In this document: one piece after another, positions 1-30,813 of the stretch | Layout: each line of letters opens with the position of its first letter | Position numbering within the stretch: the stretch's first letter is position 1 | The notes under the pieces: generated by a model | What the model saw: the letters and a program-made list of their open reading frames with translations, nothing else | Database searches by the model: none | What the model was told of the DNA's origin: nothing | Translations under genes and position numbers: made by a program | Assembly: GCA_965655095.1 (NCBI GenBank) | Contig: OZ296649.1 | Coordinates: 117,428,001 to 117,492,000 of the forward strand | Direction of reading: 5' to 3' | DNA: 64,000 bases | From: Haplodiscus bocki | Taxonomy: Eukaryota

Positions 1-484
1 TGAAATATGAAAATTGATCAGAGAGGTACACTCAGTCTGAACTAGGAAAACTGTTTAACTAACGGTTACCGTTGATGGGACTGGATGATCTGTTGATAAC
101 TCAGGGACTCTCCTCTTATAATTCTGACTTGCAAAGGGATTGAATAGGGAATTTCAAAACAAAGCAGAGAATGGAATTATGGAATTCAGAAAAGGACGGT
201 TTCTGCGTATTTAATCCATAACTCGGAATTTAGAATAAATTCTAAAGACCATGGAAGCAGACGAGGTGAGAATGATCTATGAGTAATGTCAATTCTCTTT
301 GCCTAAGAACCTCGTGGGGGGTCGTGCATAATTAAGGTCCACTCATGCTTCAGAACTTGCGTTCATCCACGGAACCCGCACACGCCAATGCCGAAGCTAG
401 CGTCAGTGGACATCGTTTAGACTCCAATGGCAAGAGTATACAAAAGGTAAATAAAGAAGAGGGAATTTTTCTAAGTCAGGAGAA

Positions 485-865
485 AAATGGGACTTAGAAT
501 ATTTTTGTAGCGTTGAGGTGGAATTGCGGCTAAGACAGAATTTGGAATTGTCTTAGAATATTTTAGCGAAATGGGAATGAATTTGCGGCTAAGACAGAAT
601 TTGGAATTGTCTTAGAATATTTTTGCGAAATGGGAATGAAATTGCGGCTAAGACAGAATTTAGAATTGTCTTAGAAAATTTTAGTGGAATTGGAGTTGGA
701 CTTAGAATAATTTTGTCCAAGAAGGGAAGAGAGAGGAAGAGAGAATTGGACTTAGAAAATTTTCTCCAAAAGGAAGAGAGAAGAGGAGTTAGACTTAGAA
801 AATTTTTGTCCAAAGAAGAAAAAGGGAGAAGGAGAGTTGGACTTAGAATAATTTTGTCCAAGTAA
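485..865. repeat. Compound minisatellite: 3 x 59-bp units, then 4 x ~25-bp palindromic units with purine-rich spacers
   Basis: CTAAGACAGAATTTGGAATTGTCTTAG at 530, 589 and 648; TTGGACTTAGAA.AATTTTGTCCAA four times between 696 and 861. Confidence 0.85.
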
Positions 866-977
866 AAGGGAGAAGTAAAGTAAGCAAGTCAGAAGAGGAG
901 TAAAGCGTCCCGTCCGCTGAACGGGAAAGTGAGTTATGTTCAAGCCCGTTTCTCAGAGCGGCTCCAAAATAACATCA

Positions 978-1181
978 TGTAACCGCATGCTGTCATAACA
1001 TGCAACCAATAGGAAAAAAGCTTGTAACAGCCATGGAATTTTGCTTGTATCAGCAGGAGCCAATAGGAAAAAAGCTCGTGTTAGAATTTTTTATAAAAAA
1101 TATTTATGCAACTCCATTGGTTTATATCTCCAGCTTTTTTATTCATTTTCTTATTCATCAGCCTGCGTCAGTCCCTCAACA
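978..1181 (-). mobile_element. Possible LTR (TGT...ACA) next to the 5' internal region of an LTR element extending left of the window
   Basis: TGT/ACA termini, duplicated CCAATAGGAAAAAAGCT (1006, 1060), TATA-like and AATAAA-like motifs, and TGG-initiated sequence 11 nt inside (966-964). No coding domain is visible. Confidence 0.3.
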
Positions 1182-1769
1182 AGGTTAGCTTTAATTAATT
1201 TGTCATGTTTTAATTAATTAACGTTTGAGCGTTATGCGTAACGCGATACGGCTCGGAAAAAATTTAAGACTTATAACACTTGCTTGCGCAAGTGTAAATA
1301 TGCTCAGTAAACAACTAAGCACAGCTCGAATCGTATTTTTTTTCCAGGGGAACAGTAACCTACGTTTACTCGAATTTTCTTAATTGTGACTGAAATTGAA
1401 TCTATTTTCTCTTGAACAATAAATAGGACATCGATATAAAATTCAGCACATAATCTACTAAACAGAGGTGAAGAGGAAATTCACAACACATTCTGGCTCA
1501 ACAATTCATATCAAAGATCTTGAAAAGTATTTGAAACCATGATCAGAGATTTGATTGGCACAATTAGAATTAGCACACCAGCTATCAGTCAAATGTTTGT
1601 TAGAAAAAGTCGAATTGAGACAAGTACATGTCACGGGGTCTCATACTCGAAAAATTGATATGCCAATCATGTCTTTTTAGGTTAGGTCCTTCTGCAGCCC
1701 AATGTTTAAGAAGTTTTCATACTAAAGAAAAGCGCGAAAATGAACAAGTACCAGCAAAAAGAGACCGCT

Positions 1770-1900
1770 TTTAACCGTTTACACTAGATGACTAGCTCTC
1801 TGGTGACATCACCAAAATGCAAGTTTCGGACAGGATGAAAAAAAAACAGCATCAGCCGGTTTCAATATACATACTTCCTTTCAGTCAGAACGTGTGAAGA
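1770..1900. repeat. Short interspersed repeat family (other copies ~4865-4980 and ~38700-38830)
   Basis: Shared CTGRTGACRTCA..GCAAGTT..GGA..GAT.AAAA..CC(G)GTTTC.ATA.ACAT.CTTCCTTTCAGT..GAA.GYGT core in three places. Confidence 0.65.
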
Positions 1901-1954
1901 CTATTTCAGCATCGAAGTAAGAAGTCAAAAACAAAAACCTTGCGGGAATAGAAG

Positions 1955-4900
1955 CTAATCTTCCATTATTTTATATATTTGGCTTTCATTATACAATTCG
2001 CCCAACATGATGAGGTATATTTCATCTTCGTATAACCTTGAGCACAATTTACTCATTTCATCCAAAATACAACTCAGATACATTTTGCAAATATGCAACG
2101 CACCAAGTGTTTCATGTATTAGAGGATGTGATTTGAGGAACCAGACGAGTAGCCAGACACATTTGCGTAAACTTTTCCACACTTCAGTTCTGTCGATTGT
2201 GAGTAAGAAATCGTGCAACATTATACCGTAGTGACAACAAGACTCTACCAGTGGAACCCACGTTCCCGATTGTTTTTCTCGGTGTATGTCGTACACTGAT
2301 TGGACTAGATTCTGACAATGAACTTGGATGATGTTAGCGAATTCTGTCAACATGACAACATTGAATGGTCTTCTCTTGGCATCCATCGCTGGCATGTTGT
2401 AGTCGTTGTAGGGATCAAGCAGCTTCGAGTGCTCCAGAACTTCTTGCGTGTCAAACCATCTGACACTGTGGCAAGAAAGTTGTGTGGAGTCGAAATTGCG
2501 TGCAAGCTCACCTAAATCACTTCAAATTAAGTCTTCCCCTTTTCTATTGGTATTTTGTTTTAGGGAAAAGTGCCATTCACTTGATCGGCAGGTTTTACAT
2601 GGAAAGATCGCACAATTAAATCATAAGTTTCAGGCATTCTATGGAATTTTAGGAAAAACTATATGGTCAGGTAAAATTTTGTACACTAGCCATGCGGTAC
2701 CTTACTTCGACCTGTTCTGCTCAACAAACTGTTCTATTCCTTCAATTTCTGTCAACTATTTCATTATTCTCCGAAGTGATTTTTCATGCCACCTGTAAAT
2801 TTAACTCAGAGCAATTTGAAATAAATATCGGCTGAGTTTTGCTCATAATTGTATCGATTTCATTGAAAAAATTTCAAACAAATTAGAGTATCTTCGAACT
2901 GAAAACATAAAATATTCTTTCAACTCAAAATAAAAAAAATTGAAACTCATTCTAGGGCGAACAAGTGGATTTACCCAAGTGAAAGCAGAGTGTCTTTTGG
3001 AACTGGTCCATCATTGTGTCATAACAGATGTTGGTCATGAAATCTTCGTCACTGAGGTAGCTGGGCACGTCCTTCGGCTCCACTTGGGGCAGTTTTAGGG
3101 TCTTTTTCACTTTGTGCACATTCGTCACAAAACGACGACTGTCCATTACACTCACAATTAATTTTGTCAACACTAAGTTTTGGTAGTTCACGAAGTTAGC
3201 ATCGTTCAGAGTTTTAAAAGGTTGAAAATGTGATAGTCTCGTACCATGTCTTTGCTCGTTGTCAGTAACGGCCGTACTTTCTTGCAGCGAAACCAACGCA
3301 CTAAAATCGAAACTCTTTCCCATATTTTTAACAAACTTTCATATAGGAATACCTTTAAGTATAACTAAAATTACAAGACAAGTGGGGCACCTCTTTTTCG
3401 AGCAGTTTTTTTCTGGTTGCAGAACCAACAATTCAAAATCCCAATTCCAAAATTCAACTTTCTCAGGAAATTAATCTTTTTGGTAGAAATCTTCAATTTG
3501 CAATTGGCTCAAATTCACGTTTTAACTTCGCTTCAGGCAAATACGTACGCAATTCCTGACTAAACTTGATCCCAGAGCATAAAATACGTACTTGTCTAAA
3601 ATATCAACGGAAGACCAGAAAGCTTTCTCGGAGCGGGCGATTGACTTTTCAATATCAGCCGTAGAGCCCAGCTCATCAGTGTCAAGATGAGAATTAGGGC
3701 TTTGGGCCGTCGAGCCGGATTCATCACGTTCATATGGTTCTGACATGAGATATTTCAAGTCTTTCAATTCTTCACTCTTCAGTTTTATCATCGAATCCTT
3801 CAAGTTTGGCTGGTTTCTCTTGATATTTTCAAACCACTTAGTGAGAGATTCTAGACCACTTATTTCGTGAGATTTGTTGCCATTTTTACCTCCACAAATG
3901 ACCTAAAACAAAACTACACAAAATTTATTAGCATAGACGCATCATTGTGCGTTGCGTTTTTAGCCAAAAAATATTATTCACCATGCACCTCAAGAGCAAT
4001 TCTCAAACAGAGCATACCAGTTCATACTTTCTCAAACCTTTTTTGATGATACCAGGCAAAGAGGGTCTTGCAAACACATAATGACTTGACAGTTGAAATC
4101 ACGAAGGACATTTGAAAACATGTTCGGACAAGTGATTGACACTTTTAGAACACAGAGGCGAAAATACGCTTCGCAAACACTTGCGAAACCAATTATCACA
4201 GCGAAGTAACACAAAACGAACTCGGATTCCAATTTAATCTCAGCTGCAGTTATTACTTAATTCGACACAATTCTTATAGGCTACTTCACCAAAAAATATA
4301 GGCTGAAATGGTTGAATCAGCGCTACATGAAGCCAAACTGACAATTAGTCATAGAAACCGAACAACGAAAGTGAAAGCATTATCCATACTTCTTAATTCA
4401 GATCAAGATGCATCACTACAAAAATCAAAAATACGCAATCCAAGCTATTATACAGAAATTCTAGAACGCAAGTGGTTGAAACAGCGCCAAACGGACGCAA
4501 TCCAACAGTAGCCATTGAGAAAAACAGTGTCACGGACAACGCAAGTAACACCATCTTTGATTTTTCGACAATAAGTCAGAATGTTTCGCAATGAAACCAG
4601 AAACAGCAGCTCCAAGAGTCTCTGTAGACCTAAGCTACCAGTGCTATCGAGCCAATATGACTCCTAGTCATTGAAAAACTGTTCGAACGATCAACGCCAG
4701 AAAAACAATTTTTGAAATACAAGACTATATTTTTTGCCTCAAACGAAAAAATAACACCATTTATGCTACTTCGCAGACCCTTCAGGCAGTCAGTGGTTGA
4801 ATGATTGCTGGATTGACCCAATCGTTCAGTCCAGCAATCATTCAACCACTGACTGTCTAAAAAAAACGAGACTCACTGATGACGTCAAAAACTGCAAGTT

Positions 4901-5448
4901 TTGGACAAGATAAAAAGAAACTAACCATGAGCCGTTTCGATACACATTCTTCCTTTCAGTTGGAACGCGTAAAAAGAGACTTCATGCATTTTAAATTTGA
5001 AAAACTTGCTCACAACACACCACGATCCATTCATTTTTCAATTGTTCTTCGGACAAGCCGAACAAAATTACAAACTACCAACTAGAAAATCATGGACATG
5101 GTAGAGAACTGAACCCTCACATTTTAGATTTCCAGACTTAAACTACACATGTCACTTCTCAGCTATCTGTCTAACCTGAAAGTCACAATTTAACTGACGC
5201 ACTTGAATTGAAAAATTCTTTTCCATGGAATATTTGGAGCCTTCAGAAGATTGAGTCAGATCTTGGACCAACTTCTGTAAGGTGTCGAGGTCATGAAACC
5301 CGTCACGACCAAAGCCGATCTCAGCGCTGAATTCAGTATTAGTCATGACACAGTCAACTTCGTCTGCTTTGCTGGAATTGGTCTTGATTACAAATGGAAC
5401 CCCAGCTGCCACCACCATCATTTTATCATTCATTACCTGAAAGACCAT
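1955..5448 (-). CDS. Hypothetical protein, 4 exons, ~483-488 aa, no recognisable family
   Basis: Four ORF-track segments join by canonical GT-AG junctions in consistent phase: 5448 (or ATG 5433)-5176, 3902-3592, 3300-2975, 2511-1955. Total 1467 nt with no internal stop. Confidence 0.75.
4784..4858 (+). repeat. Near-perfect inverted repeat with a 33-bp stem (hairpin)
   Basis: AGGCAGTCAGTGGTTGAATGATTGCTGGATTGA / TCAGTCCAGCAATCATTCAACCACTGACTGTCT with a 9-nt loop. Confidence 0.85.
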
Positions 5449-7182
5449 TTTCGAATATTAAATTCTTGTCTCAACTGACACTCTGCGATTGAATTCTTAA
5501 TTTTTCCCACTTTTTATATTGGTTTCCAGGAATTTTGCAACGCACCAAAAAACTGCACTTCGAAACTCGGGTCAGCTTGATAACAAGCGAATTTCAGGCG
5601 AGCGTAGCGAAAGCGTCTCGAGGCCTCTTTAAACCCCAACCTTGGTAAATTCAGAGGCAATTTTTTCTTCAAAGTTCAATATATCTAATCTACCACTCCT
5701 TAAATTTTGGTTGCGGTCCGACAATTTCTCGGTAGGCATTTTTGCGACCGAAACTTGAAAATCGAGCTATTTTTCTAATAATTTTAGATGTCACGTATTT
5801 TGGCACGTAGACAAAAGCCCCTCAATTTTGCATGCTCTTTACGGGTAGATTCCCATCTAGCACATTCTAAAATCTAGTCGCGGTGTGAAAAGTTTTCGAT
5901 GTGTTTTTTAGCGAAAACGAAACTTCAAAATGAGTCATTCTGAAGAAATTTATTAATTTTGAATCTTATATACTGGGACCTAGGTCTTCAAATTGTTCAC
6001 ATTTTACATAGGCTTAACAAGGAGGCTCCAATAATATCATTTGATGTGCATTCTACAGCTAATTTCCCACTTTAACCGCTTTTGAAAAAGCTATCTTTTT
6101 TCAAAAAACACAAATTTCGTATGTAATTGAGAAATCTCACTATTTCAGTCGCATTCTACGGCAAATTTGCTATAATTTGAGGATAAAGAATTTTCAAATT
6201 CTGGATCTGGTTATTGTCCTGACAACTGGCAAGTAAACTTAATACACCGATTTGAGCGGATGATTTTTTCATATTATAAATATAGATGAAAATAGCAAGT
6301 AGACTACAATACAAAGCATACATGTTGGTTGCGGTCAGAATTTTTTTGGGGTTTTGCGAAAAAATTGAAAATCGATCGATTTGAAAACTTTCAAATCTAA
6401 ATCAGTAGCTTGATATCAAATCTTCTCGGAACCGAGGTTCCAATCAAAATGTGATGGCATGTTTTTCTTGTTTTGTTAGATCTTGCCGCGGCCTAGCCCT
6501 AAGCCCTCACTGCCTATGTTTTAATTTTTGAACGCTTTGATGATTCTCGAAACGTCTTTCCAGGTGATGGTTAAATTGGAGACTTATTAATTATCCATGG
6601 TACGCGCTATCTTGCAGAAAAGTGGCGCCAAAACCTGTTTGTAATGACTAAGGCAGTTTTGCAAGTCTCGGAATTTCACTTTTCCTACTCTGTGATTTGC
6701 ATACTTGATGTGCACACTAACAATTCAGTTCCAAAAATTTAAAATGCCAACATAAAGCCATGTGCTATAATTGAGAAACTTGGGATTAAATTAAATATCT
6801 GGGCAATATCAAAAACACTTGAAACAGAAAAGGTGAATCTCATTTTAAATCTGTTTTAAATACTGTAAATCAACGAGCACAAAATGAAAAGAAACAGCGT
6901 CTTTGGAAGAGAAACTCTGCGCATCTTTGAAAACACAAATAATCTACATTTTGAATGAAACATCAAGAGATAATACTGCGTCAAGCGAAACACTGATCTA
7001 ACGCTGACGTAAACAATTAATTCATCTTCAAAAAGATCGAAGATTGTTTCAAACTGTTCTCAAATACACAAGAAGGAGTCGAGGTTACACGAGCATGCAT
7101 TGATGCTTCAAATGATTTTTTATCGGCCAAATTCTGGGCTGATTAATTTCAACAAATGTGAAGTTTGGGTTCCCGTATTGCA

Positions 7183-26241
<19,059 letters not shown>

Positions 26242-28170
26242 TCTCTCTGAATTAAATTAAGGCTACAATCAACACGAAAACTTGAGAATTACACATCAAA
26301 ATTAGTTTTTAAAAAGACTGCAAGGCCCTTCAGCATCACAAAAACTACTGGTGACAATTTAACTCCGACTTTTCTAACATTTTTCCCGATTTCATCTTTG
26401 TTAGAATAGATAATAACGCTCCTCTGAATCAGAGGTTGTATGAAGCGGATTTCCTGTGATCTCCAGCTACCGCTTTTAAGTCACCCATGAGTGACAGCTC
26501 TCATGAAGGGATGACACAGCGATTGACGTTCCTGTCAAATCGAGACTTTTGAAGCTAAGCTTTGAAGTTTGAAATGGTTAATTTGTCCATTTTCAGTTGC
26601 AGCATTGTGAAGTTTCAAAACGTTGAAATCGCCCTAAACAATTTTTTCAATTCATGGAGGACAAAGATCGTAATTTGACTACGAAAGCAGGACGCCTGCG
26701 GAGTTTTTTTTGAAGATAAATACGGAAAACTTTTTAGCAATCAAACTGCGTTTTCTGTGCTGTGTACTTTCATGTTTTTCTCATACATTTTCTGTGTAAA
26801 TTTCAAACGAGGGCAATTTTTTGGTATTCTCCGCTATTACTTCTATCGAAGTTGCGAGACAAGATATTATCGATGCTAGTCGACCAACGTCCTCAAGTGA
26901 ATAAATAGTTTGCCTTCGAATTGCAGTCAATCATAAATCCTTCTGTTGTACGAATAGGCGTTTCTAATTAGCGTTAGAGGTTTTTGATTTATAGAAAAAG
27001 ATAGCCTCTCCAGGCGGATAGGACTTTACGAATTTTTTCTCAGGCTGTTCAAGATAGAATATTAGTTGAACGGGTAGTGTTTCCAAAAATTCGACATAAA
27101 CGAATGATTCATTGGAACTAGTATATCATCAAAATCTTGGACTGGATTTTCACTAAGATGCTTCATAATATAGACGTACAATGCATCACTTAGTTTGTCC
27201 TTCAAGTTACTTCAATAACTGAAGAGTATCAACTGATTTCAAAACACAGAAGCGAACCAGGGTTATGCAACACTTGCGCCAACGGAATACTAGTGATCAA
27301 ATTGAACAAGTATCACTGATTTTTGAAGGGAATACGGTACTAGGAAAACAGAAAATTAATGAACTCAGTTAATTCTGATAAACTTACAAGTGTGAACTGC
27401 TCTAGCTGTCAATTCTTTATATTTAAAACAAGCGCATACACTGGAAAATAGGCTTCATGATCAAATTCTTGCAACTGGGCGAGAGCGCATGAACAAAATC
27501 TAGGCAACATTAGAATGTAGGCATAAATGCGAGTTGTGAAAGGATCGAGAAAAAGTAAGCATAAGCCTGTGATGAAGCACTTGTTAACACAAGGGTAATA
27601 AGCCGAGTTGACTGTAGTACTTCCTAAAATGACAGTTTTGTGAAATCTTTGCTAACGGCTAAAACTTCCGAACCTCACGAACGTTGATCTTTTTTCAAGT
27701 TTCCACAATTTTTTTTTCGTTTAAGAGGTAGGCGGCATTCTTTTTATTCCACTGTTGTATTCCTAATCAATCACTTATTAGATATAAACTATCATGGAGG
27801 TAGGACTCAGCTGATTAAATAATACCCTTCCTTTCGCCACCGTTTCATTTGACTGAGGTCAAATTCAGTTTTACTTCTAACCGTATTGGTGGATTTCATA
27901 ATTTAAATTCAATCAAATAATTGTCAGCGGGGAAAACATCAAAAAGGAGTATAGATTCAACTTATATTACTCTAGGGTTCCTTATTATCAGAAAACAATT
28001 TTGACTAGCCGGTTAATTATGACGCTCTCGCTTATTAAAAACCCCATAGTAATACGACGAACATTATTCCGGGAAAAGGTCACACCATGCTTTCAAGAAC
28101 TGGCAGAAAGAATTTGTATTTAGATCGATTGAAGGATAAATTACAAACTATGATTTCAAATATCTCATCA

Positions 28171-29642
28171 CTATTTACTTCCCATTTCAATCACAATTGC
28201 CAAATCGTTCAAACACTGAATCTGACAGGTCGGTTCTCGAGATACGGAGTCACACGTTTTATTGTCCGGGTTCAGCCAAACTGTCTTAAGACCAGCAAAA
28301 TTGCCGCCCAAAATATCTGTGTCTAAGGAGTCTCCGATCATCGCAGTCCGATTTGGTTTTACATTCAACTGCTGACACACAACCTCGAATATTCTAGGGT
28401 CTGGTTTGTGGATTCCGTACTCCCCACTGATAACTACGGCGTCAAAGAGTCCTCCAGGTAAACTTTCAAGGATTGATTTCACCTAAAATGGAAAAATACT
28501 CGGAAGTAAGGAACTAGTTCTAGAGAACTCTGAATGCAAACGCTCAAACCATTAATCATTTCAATCTACATTCACTGCGTAACTCTTAAAAAAGAGGCTT
28601 GCACGAACCCCTTAGAATTTGAATTTCAAGGGACTTCATCATTTCAACGGTCATGCGGAAACAGCAGTCATTTTTTATAACACGAAAACTAAATGTTTTC
28701 GAAAAAAGCAACATGTATTAGGGCAAACTATTGAAAGTTTAATAGTAACACAGCGTAGAACTCTACCATATCTTTCCCGAGTGAAATAAAAGTAATATTG
28801 AATTGCATAACCGAAAGTGTAGTCACTTGAAATGTTGCTAACTTTGATTTCCTGGATATCTTTAGGTCCATTAGTGAGAATTCCCAGTTTGAACCCGGAC
28901 TTTTTGATCTTTTCCAGCAAGATGGCAGTTGTGGGAGATATGAAGAAGCCAGCTTCTCTAGTTTTGCTCCAGCTGTTGTTGCAGAGAGCAGCTATGTTAC
29001 AAGGGTCCAAGGAATGTTTAGCCGAAATGTCTACTGGAATGTTCCTCTTGACTGCTTCACACCACATCTCGTATCGGATTTCATGAGAGCTTTTCCCCGC
29101 GCTAAAGGCGTCTGTCGCGTTCAACTCAGCACCAGAACAAAGCAACACTCTGCAACAGTACAAAACTCTCTTGGTAACAACTGTTCACGTTTCAAGGTGA
29201 AAATTTTGTGATCGATTGCATCAATCGCGGCCAATGAAACCGCTCATATATTTCTTCCATTCACACTTCAGCAGCTTTGGTTATTGGGACCGTCTGTGGA
29301 CAAAAATGGAATTTCACAAACTAGAAAATTGAAGCTAAATTCAAGAAACTACCCGCAATTCATCTTCAATTCGGGTTTCCATATGTCACCATTTTCAAAA
29401 ATTCGATGAATTAAATAGTAAGGCGAAAACAATGAGACTGGTGTTAATTCGGCGATTGTAATAGGAGAGAACCTAATAATTACAACTGACTTGAAAGTTT
29501 CGATAACTTGGCGAGGGTTATCGAAGATAGGATAATTAGAATGTAGCATCTGATGGACCTTGTCAAAAGCCAGTTTGTCAGCACCTGTCGTGTCCATCAA
29601 AGTGTTGTCCAGGTCAAACACTATTGCATCGATATTGTCCAT
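28171..29642 (-). CDS. NANP: HAD-superfamily hydrolase, N-acylneuraminate-9-phosphatase-like (HDHD4), 3 exons, 256 aa
   Basis: Exons 29642-29491, 29149-28843, 28482-28171 join in phase (771 nt). HAD motifs: I VFDLDNTLMDT, II LTNGP..IQ, III KPDPRIF, IV MIGDSLDTDILGG..AGL.TVW. Confidence 0.85.
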
Positions 29643-30813
29643 TAGCACCAGTTAGCTTCAAAACGGCCTTTCATAAAATTACAGCAATGCCAACTGAAAC
29701 CATGTGATGTAATTACTTTTTCACGCAGAATAATGCGATTCAAACCTGAGAACGAAGCTGGTTATATTTCCCAAGCACAACCGTTTTTAGTCCACATAAT
29801 GCAAAAAGTGTCTATACCAACAAATTTTTCGACATTGTAAAGCCAAATGTTGCCAACAAAAACTCAATTCCCTACTCCTTCTCAACGAATGTTTTCGGAG
29901 GGCCCGCCACCAGTATTTTTGAGATTTCGAGACATCGATTCCAGTCGTTCTCCGGCAGATAAATTTGTAGATTACGAGGAAAATTGAAGCAAAATCTCGA
30001 AACTATCTTTAGTGCAAAGCATGCGGCTTGTAAGAAAATTCCACTATTTAAGAAAACCCAGTTCACTTCCTATTACTTTACCACTACCGTATCACGTAAA
30101 CTTGTATATGGTTAAAATCTTCAACAATTTCTTGAGAAAATAAGATACGAACAAAATACAAAAACAAAATACGAACGAAACACGTGTTTTATCAAACCTG
30201 TTCTTTGAAAATTTTTCAACGAACTTTTCAGGGAATGGCAATACAATTTCAGTGTTTTGAAATTTCTGGACAAAAACACATAAGAAGCGCGTCTCAAAGA
30301 AAAGATCACTTCTTGTCCTCAAATTCCGATTCTTTCGAGCTGCGGCGACTTGAGAGTTCCAGATGCTTCATCAGCTTGTCATTTTGTTGCAAAATTTTTA
30401 ATCTTAGAATACTTCAATCGTGTACCTGATGGCAAGACACGTCACTTTGTAATGAATCAAACTATTGCCGTTGAGCTCAATCATAATACCATATCAACCA
30501 CTAGGAACGATGGCAAAATTACGAACGCAGCGAATTCTGATTTTATGAAACTACGTTTGCACGCGGTATTTTTAGTCGTTAGCTTCGGAAACACTTCATA
30601 AAAATATAATTTTGCAAGTGTAACCTTTTCTCAATTTTTGACCTAATGAAACAATTTGTGTTTACAAATATGCCATTTCAACTTACTTATTAATATGGAA
30701 AATTGAGTAAAGATGATATGTTGTGATGCAACGCAACTAAATAAATGGATTCTTAGATGCGTCTAAATTATCATCGAGAGGGAGTGATGTCTGCTTTTCT
30801 GTTTGACGGCCGT

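Noticed and set aside
696-865. CRISPR-like array (palindromic ~25-bp repeats with variable spacers)
   Set aside because: The context is eukaryotic, there are no cas genes, and the spacers are low-complexity purine tracts. Treated as a minisatellite.
589-943. ORFs 589-861, 623-865 and 752-943
   Set aside because: Products of the tandem repeat with low-complexity translations.
26421-26560. U1, U6, U6atac or SL RNA identity for the hairpin cluster (GTTGTATGAA, GGATGACAC and CGATT..ATCG resemblances)
   Set aside because: It lacks ACTTACCTG, the ACAGAGA/AAGGAGA box and a proper Sm site. The matches are too short.
29872-30066. ORF or structured segment as the TRAPPC1 last exon or an ncRNA
   Set aside because: The true last exon is 30930-30814. 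Only one 8-bp stem is evident here, which is not enough for a call.
30306-30630. Possible small spliced gene with an in-frame TGA (..VVDM|VHD*SILRLKILQQNDKLMKH..), selenoprotein-like
   Set aside because: No upstream ATG in the putative first exon, no SECIS-like element seen downstream and no family similarity. Probably chance.
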